From Nitrosopumilus sp. (GTDB lineage: Archaea > Thermoproteota > Nitrososphaeria > Nitrososphaerales > Nitrosopumilaceae), in contig OZ244732.1 in the NCBI GenBank assembly GCA_965219345.1, positions 448,001 through 512,000 on the forward strand: a stretch of 64,000 nt of DNA, in the 5' to 3' direction. The position numbers and the translations under genes were made by a program. The notes under the pieces were generated by a model. That model did not search any database and was not told the origin of the DNA. It saw nothing but the letters and a program-made list of their open reading frames with translations. This document shows positions 40,245 to 51,665 of this stretch, piece after piece (position 1 is the first letter of the stretch; every line of letters begins with the position of its first letter).

Positions 40245-41534
40245 ATGTCAAAATATAGTGGATATGAGGGAAATTCATTAGAATTCCTAAAGACAAATCA
40301 AATTTCAGTGGGTGATTCTGTAAAAATATTGGCAGATATCACTTATTCAGGCATAATTATGCCAAGATATGAGCATAGTGATGATAAACATATTGTTTTG
40401 AAATTAAAGAGTGGATACAATATTGGTTTAGAAATTGAAAAAATTCAAAAAATAGAAAAAATCAAATCTGCTGAAAAAACTGTTCAACAAGAAGAAAAAT
40501 TAGAAAAAATTACAGGACTACCTAAAATTCTGTTATTATCAACCGGGGGAACAATTGCAAGTAAGATTGACTATAGGACAGGGGCAGTCACACCTGTATT
40601 AACAGTTGAAGAATTGAATTCATCTGTTCCAGAGCTTGCTAAACTTGCAAATATAGATACAGAGACCCTATTGTCAGAGTATTCTGAAAATATAATACCA
40701 GAACATTGGTTACAAATTGCTGAAAAAATTAATGAGTATTCTAAATCAGATTATTCAGGAATAATTATTGCACATGGTACAGATACAATGCACTATACAT
40801 CGTCCTTTCTTTCATTTGCACTTGCAGGATTTCCAATTCCAATTGTATTGGTTGGATCTCAGAGATCATCAGATCGTGCTTCATCAGATGCAGCATTAAA
40901 TCTAATTGGAGCAACAAAATTTATCACAGAAAGTCATACTAAAGGAGTTTTCATTGTTATGCATCAAGATGAAAATGATGACACTTTAGCATGTCATGCT
41001 GGAACAAGAGTAAGAAAAAATCATACAAGTAAAAGAGGAGCATTTCAAACAATTGGAGATAATCCAGCATTCATCATTGCAGAGAATCAAATTCAAAAAA
41101 ATATTTCTGAAGATTTTTTCAAAATTAGTGAATTTCAACCAAGAATTAAACTAGACACACATGTTGCCTTAGTAAAATATCATCCTGGATACGATCCCAA
41201 ATTATTAGATCAAATTATTGAGATGGGATATAGAGGAATAATTTTTGAAGGAACTGGATTAGGTCATATTGGAAATACAATGTATGAAAGCGTAAAAAAA
41301 GCAAATGAAAAAGGAATTTTTCTAGGCATGACTTCACAATGTATTGATGGTAGAGTTGGAATGACAGTATATGAAAGTGGACGAGATTTACTTGATTTAG
41401 GCATAATTCCATTAGAAAATATGGTTCCAGAAGTAGCTCTAGTAAAAGCAATGTGGGCAATGGGAAACTTCCAGGATGGAGAAGAAATAAAGAAAATTAT
41501 GCTTGAAAATATTGCATCGGAATTATCAGATTGA
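40245..41534 (+). CDS. gatD: Glu-tRNA(Gln) amidotransferase subunit D
   Basis: KLKSGYNIG, TGGTIAS..DYRTG, HGTDT, GSQRSSDR. Confidence 0.97.
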   Translation: MSKYSGYEGNSLEFLKTNQISVGDSVKILADITYSGIIMPRYEHSDDKHIVLKLKSGYNIGLEIEKIQKIEKIKSAEKTVQQEEKLEKITGLPKILLLSTGGTIASKIDYRTGAVTPVLTVEELNSSVPELAKLANIDTETLLSEYSENIIPEHWLQIAEKINEYSKSDYSGIIIAHGTDTMHYTSSFLSFALAGFPIPIVLVGSQRSSDRASSDAALNLIGATKFITESHTKGVFIVMHQDENDDTLACHAGTRVRKNHTSKRGAFQTIGDNPAFIIAENQIQKNISEDFFKISEFQPRIKLDTHVALVKYHPGYDPKLLDQIIEMGYRGIIFEGTGLGHIGNTMYESVKKANEKGIFLGMTSQCIDGRVGMTVYESGRDLLDLGIIPLENMVPEVALVKAMWAMGNFQDGEEIKKIMLENIASELSD

Positions 41535-41544
41535 GAGAGGAGAA

Positions 41545-43452
41545 ATGTCAGAATTTTCTATAAATGATGTTGGAGTAAAAGTAGGACTTGAAATTCATCA
41601 ACAACTAGCAACTAACAAGAAGTTGTTTTGTAATTGTACTCCAATAGAATCAGATGAATATTTTATAAAATTTCAGAGAAAATTACGAGCGTCAAAAAGT
41701 GAATTGGGCGAGTTTGATCCTGCTGCACTGTTTGAAAAATCTAAATCAAAAACAATAATGTATTATGCTAATCCACAAAGTAGTTGTCTAGTAGAACAAG
41801 ACGAAGAACCGCCACATGAATTAGATGAGGATGCAAGGAAAATTTCATTGATTATTGCTTCTGCATTAAAATCTAATATTTTCAGTGAAATCTATCCTAT
41901 GAGAAAAACCGTTGTTGATGGTTCCAATACTACCGGATTCCAACGCACGATGTTAATTTCACAGGGAGGATTTTATGATGTAGAAGGAACAAAAATAGGA
42001 ATTCAATCAATTTGTCTTGAAGAAGATGCTGCTAAAATTCTTGGAGAAGAAGGCAAGATAAGAAAATATGGTTTAGAACGTTTAGGAGTACCTTTAGTAG
42101 AAATTGCAACAGAGCCTTTTGAAGTAAAACCTCATGAAATTAGAAAAATTGCGTTATCCTTAGGAAGAATTTTGAGAAGTACTAAAAAAGTGAAAAGAGG
42201 TCTGGGTTCAATTCGACAAGATGTTAATGTATCAATCAAAGAAGGAGGAGTAGTTATTGAAGTAAAAGGAGTACAACAACTAGATCAATTAGAAAAAATT
42301 GTAGAATATGAAGTAAAAAGACAGCATGGATTACTAAAAATATCAAAAGAATTACGAGAGAGAAATTGGATGTATGATAATAAAGAGAATAGGAAAGATA
42401 TTACAGAACTATTTTCAAAATGTAAATCAAAGATTATTCAAAATGCCATAAAGAAAAATCAGAAAATTTTTGCTGTATCTTTTAGAAATATGGTTGGAAT
42501 GTTTGGATATTCACCATATGAAGGCATAAGATTAGGGAAAGATGTAGCAGAATTAGTACGATTTTTTGGATTAGGCGGTGTTTTTCATTCAGATGAATTA
42601 CCTAATTATGGAATTGAAGAATCAGATCTGGAAAATCTAAAAGAATTTTTAAAAATTAATGAGAATGACGGATTTTTGATATTAGCCATACCTGAAGAAA
42701 AAATACACAGTATTGTTGACCAAATAATTTTGAGAATTGAACATATCAAAAATGAAGGCATACCAATAGATACACGATTAGCTACTCAAACAGGTGAAAC
42801 AAAATTTCTTAGACCTAGACCTGGTGCAGCAAGAATGTATCCTGAAACAGATATTCCTCCAATTCTAATCTCAAAAGAAGAATTAGAAGATGCAATGAAA
42901 AATATACCAAAATCATGGGATGAATCTATAAAAGAATTACAAACAAAATATGAAATTAATTCACAACTTGCAGAACAGATTTTTGATTCACAATATATAG
43001 AATTATTTGAAAATATTGTTGAGAAAACTAAAGTCAATCCTACATTTGTTGCATCAGTACTTTGTTCAACAATTACTAATTTAGAAAGAAGTGGATTAAA
43101 TTCTAATTTGTTACAAAATGAAGATATCATAAAATCATTTGAATTATTAGAAATGGGAAAAATTGCTAAAGAATCAATTGACATAATTTTTGAAAATATT
43201 ATGGCTGGAAAAGCCAAAACTACTGAAGAGGCAATGAAAAATACTGCAATTGAGGCTATAAATGAATCAGATTTGGAGAAAATTATTGAAGAAATTGTTG
43301 AAAAGAATCAAGAGATTATTAAAAATCAAAAAGAACGAGCTGTTGGACCATTAATGGGAATTGCCATGAAAGAATTAAGGGGAAAAGCCTCTGGTAAAAT
43401 GATAAACAAGCTTCTTTTGAAAAATATCAAGAAAAAGTTGGCAAATATCTAA
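41545..43452 (+). CDS. gatE: Glu-tRNA(Gln) amidotransferase subunit E
   Basis: GLEIHQQL, DGSNTTGFQRT, RPRPGAARMYPETD; ATG at 41545. Confidence 0.97.
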   Translation: MSEFSINDVGVKVGLEIHQQLATNKKLFCNCTPIESDEYFIKFQRKLRASKSELGEFDPAALFEKSKSKTIMYYANPQSSCLVEQDEEPPHELDEDARKISLIIASALKSNIFSEIYPMRKTVVDGSNTTGFQRTMLISQGGFYDVEGTKIGIQSICLEEDAAKILGEEGKIRKYGLERLGVPLVEIATEPFEVKPHEIRKIALSLGRILRSTKKVKRGLGSIRQDVNVSIKEGGVVIEVKGVQQLDQLEKIVEYEVKRQHGLLKISKELRERNWMYDNKENRKDITELFSKCKSKIIQNAIKKNQKIFAVSFRNMVGMFGYSPYEGIRLGKDVAELVRFFGLGGVFHSDELPNYGIEESDLENLKEFLKINENDGFLILAIPEEKIHSIVDQIILRIEHIKNEGIPIDTRLATQTGETKFLRPRPGAARMYPETDIPPILISKEELEDAMKNIPKSWDESIKELQTKYEINSQLAEQIFDSQYIELFENIVEKTKVNPTFVASVLCSTITNLERSGLNSNLLQNEDIIKSFELLEMGKIAKESIDIIFENIMAGKAKTTEEAMKNTAIEAINESDLEKIIEEIVEKNQEIIKNQKERAVGPLMGIAMKELRGKASGKMINKLLLKNIKKKLANI

Positions 43453-43458
43453 TTATAA

Positions 43459-43543
43459 TGCGGGAAGTGGGATTTGAACCCACGAACTCCTAGAAGATAA
43501 GGATCTGAACCTTACGCCGTTGACCAGGCTGGGCGACTCCCGC
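43459..43543 (-). tRNA. tRNA-Leu(CAG)
   Basis: Cloverleaf with long variable arm; anticodon stem-loop taagg-ttCAGat-cctta; GGTTCAAATCC T-arm. Confidence 0.95.
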
Positions 43544-43620
43544 ATTGTGAATTTTTGTAATCTGGAATAAGTTTCTTTATTATACATGAAACAAATACAT
43601 CAAATTAATTAAGTGAGAAA

Positions 43621-43785
43621 ATGGAATTTAGAGAAATATATTGTACAAATTGTAAAAAAGTGCTTGGTCGTTATAATATTAAATTCTATGATGATACCAA
43701 AATTGAAGAAGCATTAAAAACAACTCACGTTACTCATGTAAGAAATGGGCATCGAGTAGACATTAGAAAATTTGTAAAAGACTAA
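43621..43785 (+). CDS. 54-aa putative Zn-binding small protein (below ORF-track cutoff)
   Basis: MEFREIYCTNCKKVLGRYN...H..H...GH; fills the intergenic gap and overlaps the next stop. Confidence 0.7.
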   Translation: MEFREIYCTNCKKVLGRYNIKFYDDTKIEEALKTTHVTHVRNGHRVDIRKFVKD

Positions 43786-44321
43786 TTCAATTTTATTTTT
43801 TCCACTGCCTCTGAGAGATTAGAAATTCTATGAATTCCGTGTTCTGAAATATGTTTATTCCACGGTTGTGAATATAGAATTACTTTTTTGTTTTTCTGAA
43901 TAATTTTTAATGCATTAAGAGGTGAATCGTCAATAAACACATCATAATCAAGATCAGCCTTCATTGGTCCATCGATTACTGATACATAATTATCATATGA
44001 TATATTGTAATGATTAAGCCAATTTTTTACGAAAGAATTAGTGGAATGTTCTCTTGCAGTAACAATATCTACTTGGCCTATATTTGAAAGATTTTTTGTA
44101 ACGGATGATAAATTTTCTTCAGTAGGAGGTATGGAATTCCAATTTTTCCAACAAGAACTTAATTCAGCATAAAAATCATAGCGGTTGATCTGAAATTTCT
44201 CCCAAAAATCCCAATCAGTAATATCATGTTTAGAAATTTTTGGTCTGATTGTATTGCTGTAATTTAACCAAGATTTTATTACATCTGCAAGTACACCATC
44301 AACATCTAATGCAATTTTCAT
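43782..44321 (-). CDS. HAD-family 5'(3')-nucleotidase (NT5C type)
   Basis: ALDVDGVLAD, IVTAR, FIDDSP, QPWN. Confidence 0.9.
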   Translation of the reverse strand: MKIALDVDGVLADVIKSWLNYSNTIRPKISKHDITDWDFWEKFQINRYDFYAELSSCWKNWNSIPPTEENLSSVTKNLSNIGQVDIVTAREHSTNSFVKNWLNHYNISYDNYVSVIDGPMKADLDYDVFIDDSPLNALKIIQKNKKVILYSQPWNKHISEHGIHRISNLSEAVEKIKLN

Positions 44322-44331
44322 TTTTTACCAA

Positions 44332-45414
44332 TCAATCACTAGCTTTTTGAAATTCATCTAGAAGGTTTTTTTGATGCTTATTGAGTTTTTTAGGAATATT
44401 AATAACAATTCTAACATATTGATCCCCTTTACCTCTAGAATTGATATGTGGGACTCCTTTTCCTTTTAATTTGATTATAGTATTTGGTTGACTACCTGAA
44501 TCAACTTTGATTTTTTCTGTACCTTCTAAGGTTGGAACAACAATTTCGCAACCTAATGCAGCATCAATCATTGAAACATCGTGATCATAGAAAATATCTT
44601 TCCCATCTCTAGTGAATTTAGAATGGGGTTGTACTCTGACTCTGACAATTAAATCACCATTAGATCCGTCAGTAACTTCATTTCCTTCTTCTCGAACAGT
44701 ATAGTCGCCCAAATCAACACCGGGTGGAATTTCAAAAGTAACTTTTTTTGAACCTTTTTTGTTACCTTGTCCTTTACAGTCCCCACAAGGAGTTTCAATA
44801 ATAGAGCCTTGGCCTCTGCAACTAGAACATGGTGCAGTGGTTACAAATGAAGTAAATCCCATGTTACGTCTATGTTGTACTTGTCCTTGACCATTACATG
44901 TAACACATGTTTTCTTGTTTGTGCCAGGTTCGCAACCAGAACCATGACAAATATCACACTGAACTTGTTTTTGTAGATTAATTTCCATTTTTTTCCCATG
45001 AAGAACATCCTCCAATGTTACCGAAGTTTCATAAAGAATATCAGAACCCCGTTGTTGACCAAAACCAAATCCTCCTCCATGACTAAAGATTGATTCAAAA
45101 ATGGAATCGAATCCTCCGCCTCCACGACCAAATATATCACTAAAATCTCCACGTACACCCTGAAAAATATCTTCACTACTGTATCTACCATCTACACCCG
45201 CATGTCCATGTTGATCATAGAGTTGTCTTTTTTCAGTATTTGAAAGAACAGCGTATGCTTCAGAAATTTCTTTGAAATGTTCTGGAGCATCTGAAGATTT
45301 GTTACGGTCTGGATGGAATTTTAATGCTAATTTTCTATACTGATTTTTAATTTCATCTATAGAAGATGATTTAGATACGCCTAAAACCTCATAATAATCA
45401 CGTTTTGCAGACAT
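44332..45414 (-). CDS. dnaJ: Chaperone DnaJ
   Basis: J domain HPD; four CxxCxGxG repeats. Confidence 0.97.
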   Translation of the reverse strand: MSAKRDYYEVLGVSKSSSIDEIKNQYRKLALKFHPDRNKSSDAPEHFKEISEAYAVLSNTEKRQLYDQHGHAGVDGRYSSEDIFQGVRGDFSDIFGRGGGGFDSIFESIFSHGGGFGFGQQRGSDILYETSVTLEDVLHGKKMEINLQKQVQCDICHGSGCEPGTNKKTCVTCNGQGQVQHRRNMGFTSFVTTAPCSSCRGQGSIIETPCGDCKGQGNKKGSKKVTFEIPPGVDLGDYTVREEGNEVTDGSNGDLIVRVRVQPHSKFTRDGKDIFYDHDVSMIDAALGCEIVVPTLEGTEKIKVDSGSQPNTIIKLKGKGVPHINSRGKGDQYVRIVINIPKKLNKHQKNLLDEFQKASD

Positions 45415-45462
45415 GAATCATTCCTTTGTTACAATTCTGTATAAATGATTGAATTTGAAAAA

Positions 45463-47571
45463 TTAGTTAGTTTTTGTTTCATCAGTTGAAGATGATTCGG
45501 TTGTTTGGTTATCTTCACTAGTACTTTGTTGTCCTTCTGCACTAGTACTTTGTTGTCCTTCTGCACTAGTACTTTGTTGTCCTTCTGCACTAGTACTTTG
45601 TTGTCCTTCTGCACTAGTACTTTGTTGTCCTTCTGCACTAGTACTTTGTTGTCCTTCTGCACTAGTACTTTGTTGTCCTTCTGCACTAGTACTTTGTTGT
45701 CCTTCTGCACCAGTACTTTGTTGTCCTTCTGCACCAGTACTTTGTTGTCCTTCTGCACCAGTACTTTGTTGTCCTTCTGCACCAGTACTTTGTTGTCCTT
45801 CTGCACTTGGAGGGGGTGAAGCATTTTTGTAAAGTTCGGTGGTTACTTCGTTGACTATGGATTGTAATGCTTCAAGTTTAGGCTTTAATTCATCAGACTC
45901 TTTATCTAAAACTTCTTTGACTTCTTTAACAGCATCGGTGATTTTGATTCCCTGTTCTTGGGAAATTTTATCCTTAAGATCATGATTAACTAATTTTTCA
46001 GTAGTGTAGATATAACTCTCTGCTTCATTTTTAAGATCAATTTTTTCTTTCTTCTTTTTGTCTTCATCAGAGAATTTTTCTGCATCTTCTTTTAATTTTT
46101 CAATTTCTTCTTTAGATAATTTTGACGAAGATTCAATAGTGATTTTTGCTTCCTTTTGTGTTCCAAGATCTTTTGCTGTGACATTAATTATTCCATTAGC
46201 ATCAATATCAAATTTCACTTCAATTTGAGGAACTCCTCTTGGAGCTGGTGGTAAATCAGTAAGATTAAAGCTTCCTAATGAAACATTGTCAGTTGCCATT
46301 GGTCGTTCACCTTGAACAACATGAATGGTTACAGCTGTTTGATTATCGGCCGCAGTTGTGAAAACTTTACTCTTGGAAGTTGGAATAGTCGTATTTCTTT
46401 CAATTAATGGTTCTCTAACTCCGCCCAGAGTTTCAATTCCTAATGTAAGCGGAGTAACATCAAGTAAAACTATATCACTAGTAACATCTCCAGCAATGAT
46501 TCCCGCCTGTATTGCAGCTCCCGTTGCTACTGCCTCCATAGGATCAACTCCTGATTCAGGATCTTTTCCAACAATTTCACCTACAATTTTTCTAACTAAT
46601 GGCATCCTTGTTGGTCCTCCGATCATCACGATTTTGTTGATGTCAGAGTGGGAAAGTTTGGCATCTTCAAATGCTTTTACTATTGATGGCTTGCATCGTT
46701 CAACAATTGGTGCAATTAACTCATCTAGTTTAGCTCTAGTGATTCTTAATTCAAGATTTTTTGCGCCTGTTGATGGATCTTGTGCAATAAAAGGCAAATT
46801 TACATCTGTTTCCATAACTGTGGATAATTCAATTTTGGCTTTTTCAGCAGCTTCTCTAATTCTTGTCGTTGCAGTTGTATCTTGTGAAAGATCAATGCCT
46901 TCTTTTTTCTTGAATTCATCAAGAATGTAATCAATTAGAACTTTGTCCATATCTGTACCACCTAATTGCGTGTCACCAGATGTACTTAGTACTTCAAAAA
47001 CACCTCCACCCATTTCCATTATTGTGACATCCAGAGTACCTCCACCAAAATCAAAGACAAGAATTTTCATGTCTTCTTTTGCTTTATCTAATCCAAATGC
47101 CAATGATGCTGCTGTTGGTTCATTGATGATTCTAACAACATCAAGGCCAGCAATAGTACCTGCATCTTTAGTTGCTTGGCGTTGATTATCATCAAAATAT
47201 GCTGGAACTGTAATTACTGCTTTTTCAACAGATTCACCAATAAATGCCTCAGCGTCTTTTTTGATTTTTTGAAGAATGAATGCAGAAACTTGTTGAGGTT
47301 TGTATTCTTTATCTTGAATTTTAAAAGTATGTTCAGATCCAATTTTTCTTTTAGCAGCAACAATAGTATTATCAGGATTTGTTACGGCTTGTCTTCGTGC
47401 TGGTTCACCAACTAAAAGCTCACCATCTTTAGAAAATGCTACAACAGATGGAAATGCTTTTCCTCCAACAGTAGCTCCCTCTGCAGCAGGAATAATTGTT
47501 GGTTTACCACCCATAACAACTGCAGCAGCAGAGTTACTCGTTCCTAAATCGATTCCAATTACTTTAGCCAT
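45463..47571 (-). CDS. dnaK: Chaperone DnaK with expanded repetitive C-terminal tail
   Basis: [34 protein letters not shown]. Confidence 0.98.
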   Translation of the reverse strand: MAKVIGIDLGTSNSAAAVVMGGKPTIIPAAEGATVGGKAFPSVVAFSKDGELLVGEPARRQAVTNPDNTIVAAKRKIGSEHTFKIQDKEYKPQQVSAFILQKIKKDAEAFIGESVEKAVITVPAYFDDNQRQATKDAGTIAGLDVVRIINEPTAASLAFGLDKAKEDMKILVFDFGGGTLDVTIMEMGGGVFEVLSTSGDTQLGGTDMDKVLIDYILDEFKKKEGIDLSQDTTATTRIREAAEKAKIELSTVMETDVNLPFIAQDPSTGAKNLELRITRAKLDELIAPIVERCKPSIVKAFEDAKLSHSDINKIVMIGGPTRMPLVRKIVGEIVGKDPESGVDPMEAVATGAAIQAGIIAGDVTSDIVLLDVTPLTLGIETLGGVREPLIERNTTIPTSKSKVFTTAADNQTAVTIHVVQGERPMATDNVSLGSFNLTDLPPAPRGVPQIEVKFDIDANGIINVTAKDLGTQKEAKITIESSSKLSKEEIEKLKEDAEKFSDEDKKKKEKIDLKNEAESYIYTTEKLVNHDLKDKISQEQGIKITDAVKEVKEVLDKESDELKPKLEALQSIVNEVTTELYKNASPPPSAEGQQSTGAEGQQSTGAEGQQSTGAEGQQSTGAEGQQSTSAEGQQSTSAEGQQSTSAEGQQSTSAEGQQSTSAEGQQSTSAEGQQSTSAEGQQSTSEDNQTTESSSTDETKTN
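45520..45807 (-). repeat. 24-bp coding tandem repeat x12 ([S/G]AEGQQST) in the dnaK tail
   Basis: Visible in both DNA and translation. Confidence 0.95.
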
Positions 47572-47577
47572 ATTTTA

Positions 47578-48141
47578 TCATCCTTTTTTTGAAATTTCTA
47601 CTAGTGTAGGTCTTACGACCCTTTCATGAGAAATATATCCCTTCCTGATCTCTTTTGTAATTGTGTTATCATCTAAATCAGGATCAGTAATGATGGATAT
47701 TGCTTCATGAAAATTAGGATCAAAAATTTCGCCTAGTGAACCAATTGGGATAACATGATATTTTTTCAGTAATGAATCCATGTTTTTCAAAATAGAATCT
47801 AAGCCGGTAGTGTTGGTTTTACTTTCAGAAAAAACTTCTTTGGCTCTAATAAAATCATCATATATTTTTAAAAAATCTAAGACAAATTCATCAACTTTAG
47901 CATTAACACCATTTTCTATATCAGATTGTGTTTTTCGATTAAGATTCTGAAAGTCTGCTAAAACATGTTTTAATTTTTCTTCATGTTCCAATACTTTCTG
48001 TTTTTCTATCTCTAACAATTTTGATAATTCTTCAATACTTGTTTCTGTAGGTTTTGGTTCTTCAGAAAAATTATTAGATTCAGATTCGTTTTCAGATACT
48101 ACAGTACCAGAAATCTCGTCGGGGCCATTTTCAGATGACAA
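47578..48141 (-). CDS. grpE: Nucleotide exchange factor GrpE
   Basis: ADFQN, FDPNFHEA, KGY...VVRP; in grpE-dnaK-dnaJ order. Confidence 0.95.
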   Translation of the reverse strand: MSSENGPDEISGTVVSENESESNNFSEEPKPTETSIEELSKLLEIEKQKVLEHEEKLKHVLADFQNLNRKTQSDIENGVNAKVDEFVLDFLKIYDDFIRAKEVFSESKTNTTGLDSILKNMDSLLKKYHVIPIGSLGEIFDPNFHEAISIITDPDLDDNTITKEIRKGYISHERVVRPTLVEISKKG

Positions 48142-48177
48142 ATCAAAAAAAAATATTAATTTCGCTAATTTAAGTTA

Positions 48178-49317
48178 TTATTGAATAGTTTCGCATAGAG
48201 GATTAGCTTTGACAACAATTAGATTAGAATCTTGTTTGGTTTTTTCTATACGTTCAAAATCAGTTTTTGAACACGCTACAACAATTGTAGTTTTATCACT
48301 ATGAAAAAGATCATAGTTCGGATCTTCATAAGCTTCTACATCACCTATATAATCTCGTAATCTTGTGGTTAAATTCTGAAGCATCTCAATTTTATCTCCA
48401 CGCATAGCATGTTGATCAAGAGTCCAGGATAATGCAATTTTTGTTCTACTAGCTTTTAGATCATTTTTCTTTAATGTTATTCTAATTTCATCAATTAGTC
48501 TCTTGATATATCCATCAATTCCTTTTACACTTCCATTAATTAGATACATGAGGGTGTTTGCACCCTCAAATGAAGAACCTAGGGATTTTATATCAAATAG
48601 TCCTCCAACCATTTCATCAAGGAATATTTTCTGAAAATCATCTGATGATAGATCATTTTTGGTTATTTCATCTTGTGCATATTTACATACTTCTAAAACA
48701 CTACACAAACTAGAAAATCGAGATAGTATTTTGATGGCATGAAAGTGTTCTGATGATGAAATAGCAACAAATCTTTTCTCTTTTTTACTTATAGTAAGTA
48801 AATCAGATAGTTTAGAATCTTCTTTTCCATTAAAAGAACCAATAGTCTCTGGTTGTTTATTTTGATCTTCTAACGGATAATAAAAATATGAAATATTTTT
48901 TCCGACCTCAAGGCCTGTTACATGTTCCAGTAATGAAATATTTTCATTGTTGCCCCCAAATCCTGTTGGGAGAGTAAAAACAACTGAGCTGTTTTTCTTT
49001 AATGATTTTACTGCATCCTTAAATTTGGAATGAATTTCAGTTTTGGTGTCTTGTCCTGCTTTTCTAATTCTTGGAGTAAAGAAAAGATATTGAGTTTTAG
49101 AAATGGCCATATCAATTGGTTCCATAGCCAATAATGGTTCATCTTCTTTTAGAGAAGATACATTTGGGTAAGTTTTAGCTATTTCTGCCTTAAGTGAAAT
49201 TGCTGATGGAGTCGATTCATCTATAATGTAAACATCAGCTCCTTTGATTGCCATTTGAGATGCAATAGCATATCCTTCAGTACTAAGACCATAAACAACA
49301 ACTTTTACTCCCCCCAT
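48178..49317 (-). CDS. Divergent UDP-sugar dehydrogenase-like Rossmann protein
   Basis: VVVYGL..EG N-terminus; LE..TGL..G pattern of the UDPG/GDP-mannose dehydrogenase family; canonical motifs degenerate. Confidence 0.55.
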   Translation of the reverse strand: MGGVKVVVYGLSTEGYAIASQMAIKGADVYIIDESTPSAISLKAEIAKTYPNVSSLKEDEPLLAMEPIDMAISKTQYLFFTPRIRKAGQDTKTEIHSKFKDAVKSLKKNSSVVFTLPTGFGGNNENISLLEHVTGLEVGKNISYFYYPLEDQNKQPETIGSFNGKEDSKLSDLLTISKKEKRFVAISSSEHFHAIKILSRFSSLCSVLEVCKYAQDEITKNDLSSDDFQKIFLDEMVGGLFDIKSLGSSFEGANTLMYLINGSVKGIDGYIKRLIDEIRITLKKNDLKASRTKIALSWTLDQHAMRGDKIEMLQNLTTRLRDYIGDVEAYEDPNYDLFHSDKTTIVVACSKTDFERIEKTKQDSNLIVVKANPLCETIQ

Positions 49318-49370
49318 TACACTTACGGCTGTTAATAGACTAAGAAAAACTTATTGAACTTGATATTATT

Positions 49371-49700
49371 ATGGAAAATGCTTGAAAATTTGGAGATATT
49401 CCTACACAGCTATCATGCAGTAGGTTTCGCACTAGAACCCACTTGTATGGAAAATGCTTGAAAATTTGGAGATATTCCTACCCAAAACAATTATTATTTT
49501 CTTAATCAATAATTGAAAAATTTGGGAAAAAACATGATTTAGCCATGAAACTTCCAATGACTAATACTTCTGAGAATCTTACCAAATTAGAATTAACTAA
49601 AACAGAAAATTATACAAATCTTCTATCCTAATTTTTTTAGTATTGTTTTTGATTCAGGATTAAAATCAAGCTTATTTTGACAATCATAAATGAATGAGAG
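49371..49700 (+). pseudogene. Decayed DUF354 paralogue with duplicated 5' end
   Basis: atggaaaatgcttgaaaatttggagatattccta occurs twice (49371, 49448); the second continues PKQLLF like the intact gene. Confidence 0.6.
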
Positions 49701-49752
49701 CTTGGAATTACTAAGAAAGACTTATTGAACTAAGAAAATTATTGAAAAATGC

Positions 49753-50790
49753 TTGAAAATTTGGTTTGATGTACTTACTCCAAAACAGTTATTGTTTTTT
49801 GAACCCATGATAAAGCAATTATCAAAAAAAAATCAGATTTTGACTACTACAAGAAACTATAGAGAAGCATCAGAACTGGTAAAAATCAGAAAACTACACA
49901 TGAAAATTGTGGGAAAACATGGCGGAAATGAAAATTTAGGAAAATTATATGCTTCTGTTGAAAGAATGGAAAAATTGGTCAAGATAATTAATAAATTCAA
50001 GCCCAATTTGGCTATTAGTTTTTGTTCTCCTGATGCGTCAAGAGTAGCTTTTGGGTTAGGTATCAAGCATATTGGGTTTTCTAATGCACCACACTCAATT
50101 GCAGTTATGAAACTATCAGCACCACTTCTTACTAAGCTTTTGATTCCTAAACATATTCCCAAAAAAGAATTTGAAGGATTTGGAATAAACGTATCTAATA
50201 TTGTTCAGTATAATGCTATGGATGAATATGTAATTATAAAAAATAAATCTAAAAAATTACAACTACCAAGACTTCGCTTAAAGAAAAACAGAAACATACT
50301 TTTTAGAACCTATGAAACTCAGGCTTCATATGTAAAAAATCTTAAAAAATTTGATACTATTAATGCAATAAAAATGATTGCAAACAAATTTCGAAATTAT
50401 AATATTATTATTTTGGGCAGATATTCTGAACAAATTAAAAAATTAAACCAAGAATTAAAGGGAAATGTAATTGTTTTAGATAAAGTTGTAGATAGTGAAG
50501 CAATTTTATCAATCACAGATGTTTTTGTAGGTTCAGGAGGAACAATGACATCTGAAGCTGCTTTAAGAGGAATACCTACAATTTCTTATGATGGTGTTCC
50601 AAATTTGGATGAGAAGTATCTTGTTAAAAATGGTCTAGTAGTAAGATGTAAAGACTTCAAAAAAATCCCATTAGTAATTAAATCTGTATTAGAAAAAGAT
50701 GAAAAAAGTGTTAAAAATAAAGCTAAGAAATTTCTTGATGCAATGGAAGATCCTTATAGAAAACTAGAATTTGTAATTAAATCACTTTAG
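49753..50790 (+). CDS. DUF354 GT-B glycosyltransferase-like protein
   Basis: KIWFD.LTPK, VGKHGG, GSGGTMTSEAALRG.PTIS. Confidence 0.88.
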   Translation: MKIWFDVLTPKQLLFFEPMIKQLSKKNQILTTTRNYREASELVKIRKLHMKIVGKHGGNENLGKLYASVERMEKLVKIINKFKPNLAISFCSPDASRVAFGLGIKHIGFSNAPHSIAVMKLSAPLLTKLLIPKHIPKKEFEGFGINVSNIVQYNAMDEYVIIKNKSKKLQLPRLRLKKNRNILFRTYETQASYVKNLKKFDTINAIKMIANKFRNYNIIILGRYSEQIKKLNQELKGNVIVLDKVVDSEAILSITDVFVGSGGTMTSEAALRGIPTISYDGVPNLDEKYLVKNGLVVRCKDFKKIPLVIKSVLEKDEKSVKNKAKKFLDAMEDPYRKLEFVIKSL

Positions 50791-50832
50791 AATAACATTT
50801 AAAGTAAATCAGAAGCAAATTTGGATATTAAC

Positions 50833-50905
50833 AGCCCGGTAGTGTAGCGGTCAAGCATAGGGGCCTTTGAAGCCCTTGACCCCAGTTCGAGTCTGGGCCG
50901 GGCTA
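50833..50905 (+). tRNA. tRNA-Gln(TTG)
   Basis: A1-U72 acceptor stem agcccgg/ccgggct; anticodon loop ctTTGaa; gttcga T-loop. Confidence 0.95.
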
Positions 50906-50920
50906 CTTTTAAAAAATTTT

Positions 50921-51661
50921 TTAAAAATCTAGTCTTGTTAATAATTTTGATGCAATAATAAAGAGAGTAGAAGCGATTCCCACAAGAACTATCATTTCAA
51001 TAATTACAAATTCCGTTATATTTCCAAAAATTCCTGCTCTAATTACATCTACAAGATAAGTTAATGGGTTTAGATAAAATGCGGTACGTAATGGCTCTGG
51101 GGCCCCATCAGCTGGATAAAATGCAGTACTAACAAAAGCAAAGAATAGAAAAACAGTATTAATGACAACATTAAATCCCTCACTGGAATGTAATCTGGTA
51201 GAAATTATTGATGCCAACGAACCGAACAATACAGAACCAGTAATTGCACCAAAAATAATAATTGGAATTGTAATTAATGAAAATTCTACAGATTCAAAAA
51301 ATACGGGGTAACCAACTATAGCTATCAAAGATGCGCTTACTAATCCAACTATTCCTATCGTGCAGATATTACTTAGAATATAATGACTTCTAGTGAATGG
51401 TCCAGACATAATTTGTTCAAACATACCATGTTTTCTATCATTCCAAATCAGAATACCAGAAATTAGTGTGCTATTCATGATGTTAAATCCAATCATACCC
51501 GAGGCTAAAAATGCTGGATAATCAAGATCTTTACCACCGAACGGAACTTCATTAATTAATGGTGCATATGCAAAGCCTGCAACAAAAATATAGATTAAAG
51601 GAAAAATTACCTGCCAAATTAAAAATCCGGGGTTAAGAGAAATTGTTAGATTTCTATTCAC
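50921..51661 (-). CDS. ABC-2 type transporter permease
   Basis: Six TM helices; STAFYP, NPLTY.VD.IR. Confidence 0.92.
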   Translation of the reverse strand: MNRNLTISLNPGFLIWQVIFPLIYIFVAGFAYAPLINEVPFGGKDLDYPAFLASGMIGFNIMNSTLISGILIWNDRKHGMFEQIMSGPFTRSHYILSNICTIGIVGLVSASLIAIVGYPVFFESVEFSLITIPIIIFGAITGSVLFGSLASIISTRLHSSEGFNVVINTVFLFFAFVSTAFYPADGAPEPLRTAFYLNPLTYLVDVIRAGIFGNITEFVIIEMIVLVGIASTLFIIASKLLTRLDF

Positions 51662-51665
51662 TAAT

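Noticed and set aside
45429-45824. Alternative-frame ORFs (VQKDNKVL)n and (TSTLLSFC)n
   Set aside because: Shadows of the dnaK tail repeat
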